From positions 105,526,001 to 105,590,000 of the forward strand of contig CM059431.1 in NCBI GenBank assembly GCA_030390025.1: a stretch of 64,000 bases of DNA. Reading direction: 5' to 3'. Every line of letters starts with the position of its first letter. The stretch's first letter is position 1. This DNA is from Squalus acanthias. Its lineage: Eukaryota. The notes beneath the pieces were generated by a model that did no database searches, had not been told where the DNA came from, and worked only from the letters and a program-made list of their open reading frames with translations. Shown piece by piece: positions 10,702 through 23,084 of this stretch. The position numbers and the translations under genes are program-made.

Positions 10702-12537
10702 CTAGACACTGATCAGCCCATCATTCAAGGTGTTTTCATACACTCTTTTCAGTACTGAGTCCTTTTGAGTCTCATCTGCAATCTCAGTTGCATTCACGGG
10801 AAAGTCTTTGTCAACTGCACCTAGCGTGAAAATCTCACCTTCACTCCCAACACGAGTCTTCATGTGGCAACCTGGACAAGGCATCTGCGATTGTGTTTTG
10901 CTTTGAAGTGCGATATTCAATTGTGACAACAACACAGCCCAACGTTGCATTCTTGATGTGGCCATTGCAAGGATGGTAGATTTGGGCCCCAACATTGCTA
11001 GGAGCGGTTTGTGATCAGTTATCAGGGTAAACTTTCTCCCGATCAGGAACTGTTGGAATTTCTTGATTCCAAACACTATGGCGAGTGCTTCCTTTTCAAT
11101 TTGCGCGTTGTTTCTTTCGCTCTTTGTGAGGGTTTGCGACGCGAACGCGATTGGTTTCTCTTGGCCGTTATCCATTACGTGGCTTACGACAGCTCCCACA
11201 CCATAACTGGAAGCATCACACACTAAATTAAGCTCACGCTCTGTGTCGTAGTGCACAAGTAGAGCATTACTAGAGAGACTTCTCTTACAAGCATCGTAAG
11301 CTTCCTGTTGCATTTTTGTCCACTTCCACTGGACATCCTTCTTGAGGAGCTCATGCAATGGAGCTAACATGGTCGCTAACTCAGGTAAGAAACGTGCGTA
11401 GTACTGGACCATTCCAAGGAAAGATCTTAACTCAGAAATGTTCTGTGGCTTTGGAGCATTGATGACAGCATCAACCTTTTCCTTAACTGGTTGCAAGCCA
11501 TTTGCATCAACTTTCAGACTGAGGTACACAACCTCGGGCTGCACAAAAGCACATTTGCTCTTTTTCAATTTGACATTGTGGGCATTCAACCTTTGAAGCA
11601 CTATATCTAACACTTCTAGATTTTCTTCCTCGCTGCTTGTTGCGATCAGCACATCATCTTGATTGCATAAGCAATTTAGAACTCCTTGTAAAATCTTATC
11701 CATCGTAGCCTGGAAGATTTTGGGGGAGGACTTTATACCATACGGCAGCTTGGTGTATGAGTACAGTCCCTCGTGTGTGTTGATGGTGAGATACTGTTGA
11801 CTCTCTTTGTCAACATTCAGCTCAGCATAAGCGTATGACAAGTCAAGCTTGGAGAAAACCTTTGACCCAGAGAGTGCTGCATACAAATCTTGTGATGTAG
11901 GTAACAGATACTGCTCATCGTCAACTGCTTGGTTGATAGTAACTTTGTAGTCACCGCACAAGTGTATAGTTTTTCTGCTTTGGGCACTACCCCAATCAGG
12001 ATAGCCCATTCACTTTTGTCAGTTTTTACTAGCACTCCGTTCTCTCTGAGTTTCTCTAGCTCTTCCTCCACCTGACTTTTCAATGCATAGTGGACCGACC
12101 TTGCCTTACAATAGACAGGCTTCACGTTGGACTTGATGTGGATATGTGCATCATACCCAGTGATGCCCTCAAAACTGTCTGAGAACATGCTTTTATACTT
12201 GTTCAGCACTGTGTCGAGTTGCTTCTTTGAAGCATCTACACTAAAGATGTTTTTCCAGTCTAGTTTTAACTTTCTCAACCAGTCTTTGCCCATGAGGGTT
12301 GGCCTGTTGTTATAGCTCGCTACAATAATAGGCAGCTTTACTGACTGGCCATGGTGCTGAACTGTACATTCCTTTTTTCCCACGTGTCTCTAGGATTTCT
12401 CCGGAATAGGTTTTTAACTCAACGGTACTCTTTGTAATTGGTATTTGATTAAACTTACTCTCATATGTGTCCTTACTCATAGTAGAGCAGTCCGCCGCCG
12501 TGTCGATATACATATCAATATATTGCTCGTTGATCAA
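10702..12537 (-). pseudogene. pol: Gypsy pol (aspartic protease, RT, RNase H), frameshifted, integrase core missing
   Basis: IDTAA protease motif; FSKLDL, LPYGIKSSP and NQDDVLI in RT; CDASSYGVGAV, EKEALAI and TDHKPL in RNase H. Confidence 0.92.
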
Positions 12538-13504
12538 AAGTTTGGTATGAAGTCTTTCTTACGACTGCTAGCGTTGCCATTAGTGACATAGATACTGTAG
12601 ATGCCTAGTTCTTCAACATCAGGTGTGTTCACTTCAATATTGTAAATTCTTCCCTTTTGTTGTTGCTGCTTTGCATTGCCACTAGAATGGTTCTTACTTC
12701 CAGCTTTCGATCTAGCTCTGCAAGCTGTTGAAATATGGCCTTGCTTCTGGCAGTGAAAACACTTCACATTTCTGTATTGGCAGGACTGTGGTGAGTGAGT
12801 TCCATGCAGCGATAACAATTCACTGAACTGCTCTCACCCACATGCTTTTGACTTGGTCTCACAACTTTAGGTTTGGCGGTGGCTTTGTAACTGCAGACCT
12901 CAGCTGCACTAGTCACTTGAGTTGGATGGAGCTCCCTAGCATTCTTAGCCGACATCTCCATAGATAGGACAATTTTGCATGCTATGTCAAACGTTAGGTT
13001 CGGAGTGTTCAGTAACTTGGACTGTGTGCGCTCATCCACCAGTCCACATACAAAATTATCTCGCAACGCACGATCCAAAAATGTGCCAAAGTTACAATGC
13101 AAAGACAGGTTCTTAAGAGCTATGATGTGCTCACTGATGGTTTCACTTTGTTTTTGGTTTCTGGTACCAAACTTATAGCTCTCTGCTATTTCTAATGGCT
13201 TTGGGGAGAAATCGTCCTCAAGTTTCTCGACAATGTCTTCAAATGACACATCCTTCGCTTTCCCTGGCACGAGTAGGTTTATCAACGTTCCGTAGACATC
13301 TGGCCCGATCTCGGTTAGAAAAATTGCTTTTTTACGTTCACGAATTACTTTATTTTGAGCTTGAACATTCTCATCTGCACCTTCGGTCTCAATAATGTTA
13401 TTGGCCTTAAAAAACATCTCCACCCGCTCAATGTAAGAACTGAATGGTTTGTGAGCTTGGTCGTACATGCCGAGGCTTCCAATGAATCCCGTAGGCACAG
13501 CCAT
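12534..13504 (-). pseudogene. gag: Gypsy gag with CCHC zinc knuckles, frameshifted
   Basis: LRDNFVCGL motif; CYRC...H...C and CFHCQKQGHISTAC knuckles. Confidence 0.9.
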
Positions 13505-13720
13505 GATTGTCCCGATCCGTCAAACAGTGATTCAGCACGCTACCTGTATACCTGTGAGAATCAACGCCGCTGCTGCTGTGTATACATACACGTGAAGGTG
13601 AAGCACAGACAATTCTGCATCAGCATTCACAGTAAAACATCGCGGTCACAAATTCACCTTAAACTTTTCCACTCGAAGGTCGAACACTGTGTCCTTCCAT
13701 GAGCCCTAAAAAAGGCTTTG

Positions 13721-13740
13721 GAATCCCATTCTAGTCGCCA
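13721..13740 (-). other. Primer-binding site, tRNA-Ser(GCU)-like
   Basis: Plus strand GAATCCCATTCTAGTCGCCA resembles the 3' end of vertebrate tRNA-Ser(GCU) (GAAUCCCAUCCUCGUCGCCA, recalled) and lies next to the 5' LTR. Confidence 0.8.
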
Positions 13741-13744
13741 AAAA

Positions 13745-13890
13745 AGTAATGTATGTGGGTAGAACAAATGAAGGACAGAGACACGATGAGTTGCTAGTCA
13801 AGGTGCTTATTTACTAGGCCAGAGAGAACTGAGCATGCTTGTACTAACCATGTAATAACCATGTGACAAACAATGTGATAATACATTACA
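13745..13890 (-). repeat. Gypsy 5' LTR (146 bp)
   Basis: Direct repeat of 10241-10372 with several substitutions and an indel. Confidence 0.95.
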
Positions 13891-14138
13891 GTGGCTGTAA
13901 CCACTTCAGGCATCATCTGAAGAAATGGAATTTGAGGAATTTATCCGAGACATGTGCCAATCAGAAAGGGTACAATCTGTGCTTGGAGCTCAGGACACAC
14001 TTGGCAGTCTGGAGCCTTCTCTTGGAGAACACCACAATAAATGTTCACCTTCCTCTGTCTGTCCTGTCCAGACAGACAGAGGGTGAAATCACATTTGAAA
14101 GGGGAATAAGTCTTTCAAAAACATTTGTCTGATATATT

Positions 14139-14267
14139 GGGGCAAATTTAAACTTTCGGCAGGAGTGGCAACCAATTGGGAATGGATTGGCCGCCCGTTA
14201 TTCACCCCGCCCAATTATCCAACAACGGGCAGCCAATCCATCACCACCGAAAGTTAAAATCTACACC
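14139..14267. mobile_element. 129-bp hairpin MITE (Harbinger/Tourist-like)
   Basis: TSD ATT on both sides; outer arms aactttcgg/ccgaaagtt and inner arms atggattggccgcccgtt/aacgggcagccaatccat. Confidence 0.8.
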
Positions 14268-14474
14268 ATTTAGTCATTCCTTTAAGTTGCAGTCAAACTT
14301 CATTAGTACTTAAAGGTAATTTCCTCCTTCAGAGCCCTCTATCCCAAAGTTCACTGCTATGACTATGGAGGACAACATAGCCCACAGCTTCAGACATTGC
14401 TGTATCCACAAGCAATATCTCTCTCGTTGATTTCTTGGCAGTATTTTACCTGAAGGATCTGTGTTCTTGCCATA

Positions 14475-15225
14475 CAACAACAACTTGCATTTATATAGCA
14501 TCTTTAACATAGTGAAATGTCCCAAGGCACTTCACAGGAGTGCGATCAAGCAAAATTTGACACCGTCCCACATAAGGAGATATTAGGGCAGGTGGAGGTA
14601 GGTTTTAAGGAGCATCCTAAAGGAGGAGAGAGGTAGAGAGGGGGAGAGGTTTAGGGAGGGAATTCGAGAGCTCAGGGCCTTGGCAGCTGAAGGCACGGCC
14701 ACCAATGGTTGCGCAATTAAAATCGGGAATGAGCAAGAGACCAGAATTGGAGGAGCGCAGATCTCGGAGGGTTCTAGAGCTGGAGGAGGTTACAGGGATA
14801 GTGAGGGGAGGCGAGGCCATGGAGATATTTGAAAACAAGGATGAGAATTTTAGAATCGAGGTGTTGCTTAACCGGGAGCCAATGTAGGTCAGCGTGCACA
14901 GGGGTGATGGGTGAACGGGACTTGGTGCGAGTTAGGACACGGGCAGCAGAGTTTTGGATGACCTCAAGTTTACAGAGGGTGGTAGATGGGAGATCGGCCA
15001 GGATTGCACTGGAATAGTCAAGTCTGGAGGTAACAAAAGGCAGGGATGAGGGTTCCAGCAGCAGATGAGCTGAGGCAAGGGCGGAGTCGGGCGATGTTAC
15101 GCAGGTGAAAATAGGCGGCCTTAGTGGTGGCGCAGATGTGTGCTCGGAAGCTCACCTCGGGGTCAGATATGACACCAAGGTTACGACAGTGTGGTTCAGC
15201 CTCAGACAGTTGCCAGGGAGAGGGA
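14475..15225 (-). mobile_element. L2 LINE 3' fragment
   Basis: Minus strand LRSSNSGLL...IGGRAFSCQGPEL.NSLP; tail ctatataaatgcaagttgttgttg. Confidence 0.85.
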
Positions 15226-15393
15226 ATGGATACTTCCTAGACTACTCGACACTTTATTCCCAGCCATTTCCTCAACTGCAATTAGAACATTAATCCTCCC
15301 CCTCCTCTTCCCAGAGATTATTTTCTGCCATATTGATAAACTTATTCCAAGTATTTTTGCAAGCCATATATTTTTCCTGGTGACTCTATCTTA

Positions 15394-16836
15394 TGTAGGG
15401 GGGTGGTGTGTGGGGTCAACCTCACCTCTGACTCAGTGAGCGGTTCGAATCACTCCCACGCCCCTGGTTCAGACCGTGGACTTATTTAGGGGTTGTGAAT
15501 AAAGATGCAGTAGACAACAGGTTCCGATGAAAGAATTTTGACTTTTATTAAAAGAAAAAGGTAACAAACTTAAAACATATTTAACACTTAAACAGGTTGG
15601 GGAACACACGGTACAGGCGAGGGAGAATGACAATATACAAAGACCCTTATCACTCCCAAAAATCCCACTAGCTAGCTAGGTTTCAGGAGATCAGGGATAA
15701 TGCTCACCAAACAGGGGTTTTGACAGTGCGAAATCCAGCCAGGTAAGTTGATTGCGATGGTGGTCTGGTCGTCGAGTGTCTTGCTGGAACTTGCTGCTTC
15801 TCTCCTCCTCCTGCTCGTGTCGTGTGGCTGGTAGACCCGTCTGTGTCTTGCTGGAACGTGCTGCTTCTGGAACAGAGCCGAGAGAGAGAGCTGTGCAAGC
15901 GTTGAGAGCGTTGTCAGAGAGTCTAGAGAGAGAGCTTCTTGGGGGATTGGGCCCTCAATTATATTGTCCGGACCCTTTGTCTTTTTCGCGCCAAAACCCC
16001 TTACTAAAACGGTTTCGTGTTGAAGTGATTTAGGTTTCAGTTGAGGCCTGTTCATTCCATTGTCTTGGTTTTGCGGGCTTGTTAAGTTTTGATGGGTTTA
16101 ACTTGGTGTTAAATTGTCCTGAACTCTCTTCTTACTGAACTGTTGTAACTGCTTGATGGGCCTTCAATTATACTAAATTGAAGTGGCCTTGTCAAAACCA
16201 AATCAAATCCTGGTCATTGTAAGACCTCGTCAACAGTAATGACTTTACTAAGTGTCAAATGGCTTGCGTCCTGTCGATCTGTTGTATAATCGGAGTTTGC
16301 ATTGTCCTCATGTTTTGGGTTTCTTGCTGGGCCTAGCACTCCTTTCATTATGCATGTCTTTAATGGGTTCTGTGATAGGTTTTAATGGTTCCTGTGTTTT
16401 GGGTGGTGCTGCCTTCTCCCAGGGCTTATTGTCCAAATGTTAATGTTTGCTGGGGCTTGAATTCCTAGACAATGCAATACCCAAAACTGCTATTTACAGA
16501 GGTTGTCCCCACATCCTGTGCAGCCTTTACTCCCTTACATGTCCAGACATGTTCTTTTAAAATGCCAAAGCTTGGTTTTGGTCTTAAATTCCTTATTTTT
16601 ATCACTCTGGGGTAGTTCCAAAGTCCTTTTTCCTTAGGTTTTGGGGATCTGCAAATTTTGGAAACTTTACACTTAGCTGGTCCATTTTCCCTTGTGGTGA
16701 TGCAAACTATTTGTGGGTTTGGGGGTTAGGGCGACATACAGCCTCGACCATAATAAACCCCAGTGTCTGTTCTCCCTATTAGTATTTTGGGGCAACTTAA
16801 GGGAATAAATAAAAGGACCCTACTGAAGATACCTTC
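15394..16836 (-). mobile_element. Probable solo LTR (ERV-like)
   Basis: Minus strand runs from (t)gaagg to cctaca; AATAAA at 15544-49, TATA-like box near 15960; internal 26-bp direct repeat; TSD CTTA only partly preserved. Confidence 0.55.
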
Positions 16837-17539
16837 TTAAAGCAGTCGAAGTAGATTATGGCCCCGGACATTGCAGTCAGCAGTGAAGGAACGGCGCTCG
16901 CCGTTCATTACACTTACCCTTGCCCACAGACTTTCTGTGGGCTTGTACACTGAAACTTGCAGTGATTGGAGAGTCAAAACAGCACGGCGCCCTCTACAGG
17001 GGATCTGGGAGCAGGGCAAGCAACTTAGTACAAGTGGTATATCAGAGCTTGGACAAGTGGACATTCTTCAGACATGAGGCCAGGCAATGAGTGGTGCCAG
17101 GCTATTCTGTTAGCTTTGTCACTGGTTCAGTGAGTGTTCGGGCAGATTAGGTTTGTAGAACAGTTGAGAGCCCCTTTGTTCAGTTCACTACCAGGGTATA
17201 TTCCTACTGCAGGAGATGCACATTTTTGCATTGTATTTTTCTAGTTTCTATTTTTAAGAAATTGCACGGAAATGTACAATCAGCAACAGTGCAGCTTTAA
17301 TTACTTACATTAATTAATTATTTTGTACTTTGGAATAAAGCCAATTTCTCAAAAACATTTGGGAAAATAGATCATTTTCAATATTGCTGCAGGATATGTT
17401 GTACATCTGGTTGGCTTGTTTCCTTTCATTCCTCCACAGTTTGTGCTGTTAGATAAGGTGGGGCAACACTACTGAAGTTAATGGCGTACAATGTCTCTCT
17501 CAAACTGCATCGCATTTGCATTTATTGTAGCTCAAAATT

Positions 17540-17985
17540 TAGATAGAATTTACTGCAAAGAAACAGGCCACTTGGCCCAACTGGTCTGTTCCGGTTTATG
17601 CTCCCTACAAGCCGGCATGGACTGGTTGGGCCGAATAGCCTGTTTCTGTGCTGTCTATCCTATGTAAGGATCCTCTCAACCCTCTTCTTCGAACCCTATC
17701 AGAATATTTTTTCACCCTCATATGTTTATCTAGCTTCCCCTTAAATGCATCTATGCTTTTCACCTCAACCACTCCCTGTGGCAGCGAGTTCCACATTCTC
17801 AGCACTCTCTGGCTTAGGGTTAGGGTTAGAAGTTTCTCCTGAATTCCCTATTGGATTTATCAGTTGCTATCTTATATTTATGATCTCAAGTTTTGGAGTC
17901 CCCCACAAGTGGAAACATTTCCTTTACGTCTACCATATCTGTGCACATTACTCCAAGAATGGTCTAACCAAGGTTCTATACAAGT
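17540..17985 (-). mobile_element. Rearranged CR1 3' fragments
   Basis: RMWNSLPQGVVE motif; tail pieces in both orientations. Confidence 0.8.
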
Positions 17986-17992
17986 ATTTTTT

Positions 17993-19203
17993 ATACATTC
18001 ATGGGATGTGGGCGTCACCAGCAAGGCCAGCATTTATTGCCCATCCCTAATTGCTCTCGAGAAAGTGGTGGTGAACCACCATTTCAGAGGGCAGTTAAGA
18101 GTCAACCACATTGCTGTGGGTCTGGAGTCACATATAGGCCAGACCGGGTAAGGACGGCAAATTTCCTTCCCTAAAAAGGACATTAGTGAACCAGATGGAT
18201 TTTTACAACAATCCAATAGTTTCATGGGGCTGGATTTTCTCAATGGGGAGCTTTTGGAGGCGGGGCTCCCACTTGTCGGGTTTTAGTCCCGTCCCCATCA
18301 ACTTGTGGCCAACCCACGCTATTTTCCCTTGATTGACCTTGTTAAGCCCGCCAAGCGGGCTTAGCAGGCCAATTAAGGGAAAGCAAGTTATAGGTGACGT
18401 CAGCGAGTGACGTTTCATCTGTCAAGAGCTTTTGACAGATGAATTGTTGTCGTTTGACGGCTCTGTGAAGCTGTCCAACACTGACAATCTGTCCTCTAAG
18501 TTGAGCCCTTCCACTCAGGCTCAGTTAGAGAGCTCTCCTGAGCAGAAAGCAAAGGCTGCAGCTATTGACAGTTCAGCGGCCATTCTGCTTTCTGTGCCGG
18601 TGAGCTGAGGGACTCACGAGACCTGAAGGGATGAAGCCTGCAGGAAGAAGTAAAGGTAAGTAAAACTTATTAAAACACTTTACACTCACCTCACACACTT
18701 ACCTCTGCACACTTGCGCCCATCACTCACCTGCACACCGGACATCTCGGCCCCTCCGACCCCCGCAGACCGACGGCCCGCCTCGCTGACCCTGGCATGGT
18801 TCGGAGCCGTCGGGAAGCCCACACTTCAAGGCTGAAAATAGGGATTCTCAAAAAAAACTGCCTGTTAACTAACTGTTAACAGGCAGATAATTAGCACTAA
18901 TTCCATTCCAAGCGCGGGTCGGGTACCCGCCTCCTGGGAAGATGGCACGGTGGCGGGTTGGGGGCGGGATGGGTACCCGCCCCCAGATTCTGCCATTTTC
19001 CCGGCAGTCCCGTCTCCCCAGGGCTGGCAAAATCGCTCCCATGGTCACCATTACTAATACTAGCTTTTTATTCCAGATTTATTTAATTAACTGAATTTAA
19101 ATTCCCCAGCTGCCGTGGTGGGATTTGAACTCACATCTCCGGATCATTAGGCCAGGCCTCTGGATTACTAGTCCAGTAACATAACCACTATGTCACCGTA
19201 CCC
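17993..19203 (-). mobile_element. tRNA-derived SINE (second family), split by a MITE
   Basis: Head ggtgacatagtggtta...gagttcaaatcc at about 19120-19200; tail gggatgggcaataaatgctggc shared with the LINE end at 22405-22705. Confidence 0.85.
18227..19040. mobile_element. Non-autonomous Harbinger-type element
   Basis: TIR gggctggatttt / aaaatcgctccc; TSD ATG; removing it restores the SINE. Confidence 0.8.
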
Positions 19204-19296
19204 ACAGCTTGACATAACTACGATGCATTTCAATTCTATCCCTCGAGAAATGAACCCCAGTGCCTGTCAGCACAGATCTGTATTCAAGAATGAACA

Positions 19297-19512
19297 AAAT
19301 GCTAAAATACTGTGGTGGCTGAAAATCTGAAACAAAAGCAGAAATTGCTGGAACCACTCAGCGGGTCAGGCAGCATCTGTGGAGAGAGAAACAGAGTCAA
19401 CGTTTCCGGTCGATGACTTGAAAGGAAGGTCATCGACCTGAAACGTTAACTCTTGTTTCTCTCTCTCCACAGATACTCACCTGCTGAGTCTTCCCAGCAT
19501 TTTAAGTTGTTA
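19297..19512. repeat. Palindromic Penelope-associated repeat (family of 5452-5712)
   Basis: Inverted arms centred near 19420; contains ggtcatcgacctgaaacgttaact. Confidence 0.8.
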
Positions 19513-20479
19513 TGAACAAAATGATGTGTGGGCGTCAAGGGGGACAGCTGCTTGTCTATTTTCATTTATATTTCTGACGTTCTGCAGATTGTGCTTCATA
19601 GCTTTTGAGATTCGAAGCAGTCCTAACACAATTCAGCTACCATTAGCTCCCTTGTATAGTTAGATTTAAGCACACTACTCCTTTAAGAAAATACTACGCA
19701 CAAAGACATTTTGGCAGTATGGATGTAGGCGTGATCTTGTCCGATCTGTTTGTGCATGATACTATATTGGCGGCAAAATGTCCAGTGCTTCAGATTGACG
19801 TTTTTGGAACCTTGAGACTGTGTACACTGTTGGGTTCTGTTTTAAGACTGGTAACTGTTGCTTATGTCTGACATCCAGGCTGGTCTCCGGGCTATGCATA
19901 TAGGGCACCTATTTCATTGATGGTGTGAGGCACTATGTATTCAAAATGTTCATTCTGTTGGTGGTCTCTTGGGCAGTGAAGGTACAGAAACTTAACAGGA
20001 TTCAATGTGGAAAGTGTTGTATACGCTTCATCAGAGCTCTCCTCAGATCTGAATTTATAATTTATTGTTTCCACGTTTCAATTCGGAACTGCACAATCAC
20101 TGAATCCAAATCCATAGCATGCCATGAGAAATAAATTCAGGATGAGCATTCGATATCCCTTCTTCAGTCACTGGGAAAATTGTTTCAGCAAAGAACCGTT
20201 CTCGTCACTTGAGGCTTTTTATGTTTACCGTAAATGACAGACAAAGTGGCATGCAATCATAATCAAATAGATTTGTGTTTCCATAAAAGGCTTTAGAAGA
20301 GTTTTAGACTTAGAGAGCTTGTAAATAAATATGATAGGCGTTAATATAAAGTGTTTTTTCCCCCCCCCCCACTTTTAGTGTGTGTTATCATCACAGGATA
20401 CATGTTTCAATCCATGTTTTTTTCCCTCAATCTGCAGGTCGTGGACAATATGAACCACTCTCATTGCTGTTTCCACCAC

Positions 20480-20762
20480 AGGGCACAGATTTAAGGTAAC
20501 TGGCAAAAGAAGCAGAGGTGACACGAGGAGAAACTATTTTACCGAACAAGTGCGTGGGATTTGGAATGCACTGACTGATAGGGCGGTGGATACAGATTCA
20601 ATAGTAGCCTTCAAAAGGGAATTGGATAAATGCTTGAAGGAGAAAAAATTACAGAGGTATGGGGAAAGAGCGGGAGAGTGGGACTAACTGGATTGCTCTT
20701 CGAAAGAGCTGGCGCAGACTCGATGGGCCTCCTACTGTGCTCTACTCTTCTACGATTCTGTG
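20480..20762 (+). mobile_element. CR1 3' end fragment
   Basis: gggcacagatttaaggt through tail ttctacgattctgtga. Confidence 0.85.
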
Positions 20763-21461
20763 AGCAACTGGTAGAGAACTTCTGTAGGGCAACATTGGTC
20801 TAAATCACTTTTTCCGTTCTACCTCCAAAATGGAACATCCTGCAGCTGCACAAGACTATGTACACACAGCAATACAGTCAATTAGCTTGGCTGAGAACTA
20901 AGGAAATTTGTTCAGTAAAGGAAGGTGAATCTCAGTATCAGCCAAGGGAGGGCTTTGCCTTGATGACTCTCTGGTTTGCAATCATTTACCCGAAGGCTGA
21001 GGCAACTAGATCACTCAGCATACATAACACATAATAGCATAACCTCTTTTACCATCACAGTAGTTTTACGACTTCACTTTAGTCACACTAACTTTCCTAA
21101 TTAAATGTATGATCACTGTCTCCTTAGCAACAATGCACACTGCATCATCAACATCATCCTACAGCTTAAATGATTTTTTTTTTTTATTACGCCAGGTGCA
21201 CCACAGAGACAGCGTATTCATGTAAAGACAATATGAAGGACTGAAGTACATATTTAGGTGGAGAGAAATCATTATGCTCAAGGAAGGATTGTTTATTACA
21301 GCCCCACTGCTGTGGTGATGCATTGAATTCTTCACAGTTATAGAAAATCAATGGATTTCAGTCCGAGAGAGTTGAGTTGCACACGTTCAAATCCGAAGGT
21401 TGCATAAATCAGTATTTCTTAGTGAAACAATCTGAGGCAAAAGAGAAATTTATTGGTTTAC

Positions 21462-21609
21462 CTTTTATTAGCTGGGTGTGATCGAAATTACAAATTTCCT
21501 TCGATGGGATTTTATTCACACGGTCACCTAACTGGTCTGGGGGTTTGACCAAGCGGCTCATCCTTTTCACGGGACTTAGGTCGGAAAATCTGTTTTTGCA
21601 GCAGCTTTG
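21462..21609 (-). CDS. Weak candidate exon (148 nt)
   Basis: Acceptor tctcttcaatcttcactgttAG, donor AAG|GTAAAC; open frame QSCCKNRFSDLSPVKRMSRLVKPPDQLGDRVNKIPSKEICNFDHTQLIK; unique sequence. Confidence 0.25.
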
Positions 21610-21713
21610 CTAACAGTGAAGATTGAAGAGATAATTATTTTCTCTAAAAAGACCGATATTGGTGCCAATCTTGAAGTTTGTTTTGTTCTGTCACTGGTAG
21701 CATGCGAGCTAGA

Positions 21714-22150
21714 AAGACAGACTTGCTTCATATAGCACCTGTCATGACCTCAGGACATCCCGATGTAGTTCACAGCCAATCAAGTACTTTTGAAGTGTAG
21801 GCACTGTTGTAATGTAGGAAACGTGGCAGCTAATTTGCGCACAGCAAGGTCCCACAAACAGCAATGAGATAAATTACCGGATAATCTGTTTTTAGTGATG
21901 TTAGTTGAGGGACAAATTTTGGTCAGGACACCGGGGAAAACTCCCTGCTCTTCTTCTAAATTATGCCATGGGATCCTTTACATCCACCCGAGGGCCTTGG
22001 TTTAACGCCTCATCCGAAAGATGGCACCTCCGTCAGCATTGCACTGATGTGTCAGCCTAGATTTTGTGCTTAAGTCCCTGGAGTGGGACTTGAATCCACA
22101 ACCTTCTGACTCAGAGGCGAGAGTGCTACCCACTGAGCCACAGCTGACAC
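21714..22150 (-). mobile_element. Deu-type SINE, full length
   Basis: Reverse complement of the 12-438 family. Confidence 0.9.
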
Positions 22151-22198
22151 TTAAAAGTAATCACTGCATTTTCGGCAAAGCATCGTCAGCAGGGTAGC

Positions 22199-22247
22199 TG
22201 GCCAGCATGGAGATTGAAGCCCTGACCTTAGCCTTATTAGCACCACG
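22199..22247 (-). pseudogene. tRNA-Ile(AAU)-derived fragment (3' two-thirds)
   Basis: Minus strand cgtggtgctAATaaggctaaggtcagggcttcaatctccatgctggcca resembles vertebrate tRNA-Ile(AAU); the 5' part is absent. Confidence 0.6.
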
Positions 22248-22404
22248 GATTGCTGAGGGGAAATGTGCGAAGGTGAACTTCTATTACAAAATGCACGCAG
22301 AGAAAACTGGAAAAAACAGTTTTCCTTCATGTCTTAATTTATGACAGATTGTAAAAGGTATTGATTCAATGGCGAGCAACTTTTAGTTGCTATGTTCTTC
22401 AGCA

Positions 22405-22705
22405 GCACCTCCCAAACCCGTGACCTCTACCACCTAGAAGGACAAGGGCAGCAGGCGCATGGGAACACCACCATCTCCAAGTTGCCCTCCAAGTCGCACA
22501 CCATCCTGACTTGGAAGTATATCGGCCGTTCCTTCATCGTCGCTGGGTCAAAATCCTGGAACTCCATCCCTAACAGCACTGTGGGAGTACCTTCATCACA
22601 CGGACTGCAGCGGTTCAAGGTGGCGGCTCACCACCAGCTTCTCAAGGGCAATGAGGGATGGGCAATAAATGCTGGCTCAATGCCCACATCCGGTGAATGA
22701 ATAAA
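22405..22705 (+). mobile_element. 3' end of a distinct CR1-group LINE
   Basis: SFIVAGSKSWNSIP...FKVAAHHQLL, then gggatgggcaataaatgctggc...gaatgaataaaa. Confidence 0.8.
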
Positions 22706-23084
22706 ACACTTTTTAGGTACTTGATAAGGCAGCTTTCATTTCTTAGAAGGAGTATTTCTGACTAAACTACGTTGATGGTGCATCTGCTCACAGCTGCTAA
22801 CAAGCCAGTCATTATGTCGATGTATGTATTAGCTCAGTGAAGCACTCAGCATCAGCACGGTGAAACCAAGCATAACAAACACATAACAGCTAAATAATGA
22901 ATAATAAAAATATATGCAACTGTGTGGAACACACTGTGCATAGAACAGAGGAGTCTGCATTTGTCATTATTTTGACCTTAATGTAATTGCCTTCAGTAGA
23001 GGTTTCTTCACTTTGGATTTGGGATTGTATTGTTTACAAATCCCTACCTAGAACCAGCTTAACCTATTTCAAACTCATACAGCA

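Larger units (their letters stand above)
10241..13890 (-). mobile_element. Ty3/Gypsy LTR retrotransposon, internally deleted and frameshifted
   Basis: Paired LTRs, 5-bp TSD GTGGC (10236-40 / 13891-95), PBS, PPT, gag-PR-RT-RNaseH order. Confidence 0.97.

Noticed and set aside
15776..15868. Spaced direct repeat resembling a CRISPR unit
   Set aside because: Only two copies, in vertebrate DNA, inside an LTR-like element
17440..17457. 18-nt plus-strand microexon-like segment (FVLLDK)
   Set aside because: Weak donor (GTGGGG), opposite strand to the supported exons, and no plus-strand gene seen
19700..20170. Coding-looking stretch (ORF 19892-20074)
   Set aside because: No recognisable domain or splice boundaries; possibly an old TE remnant
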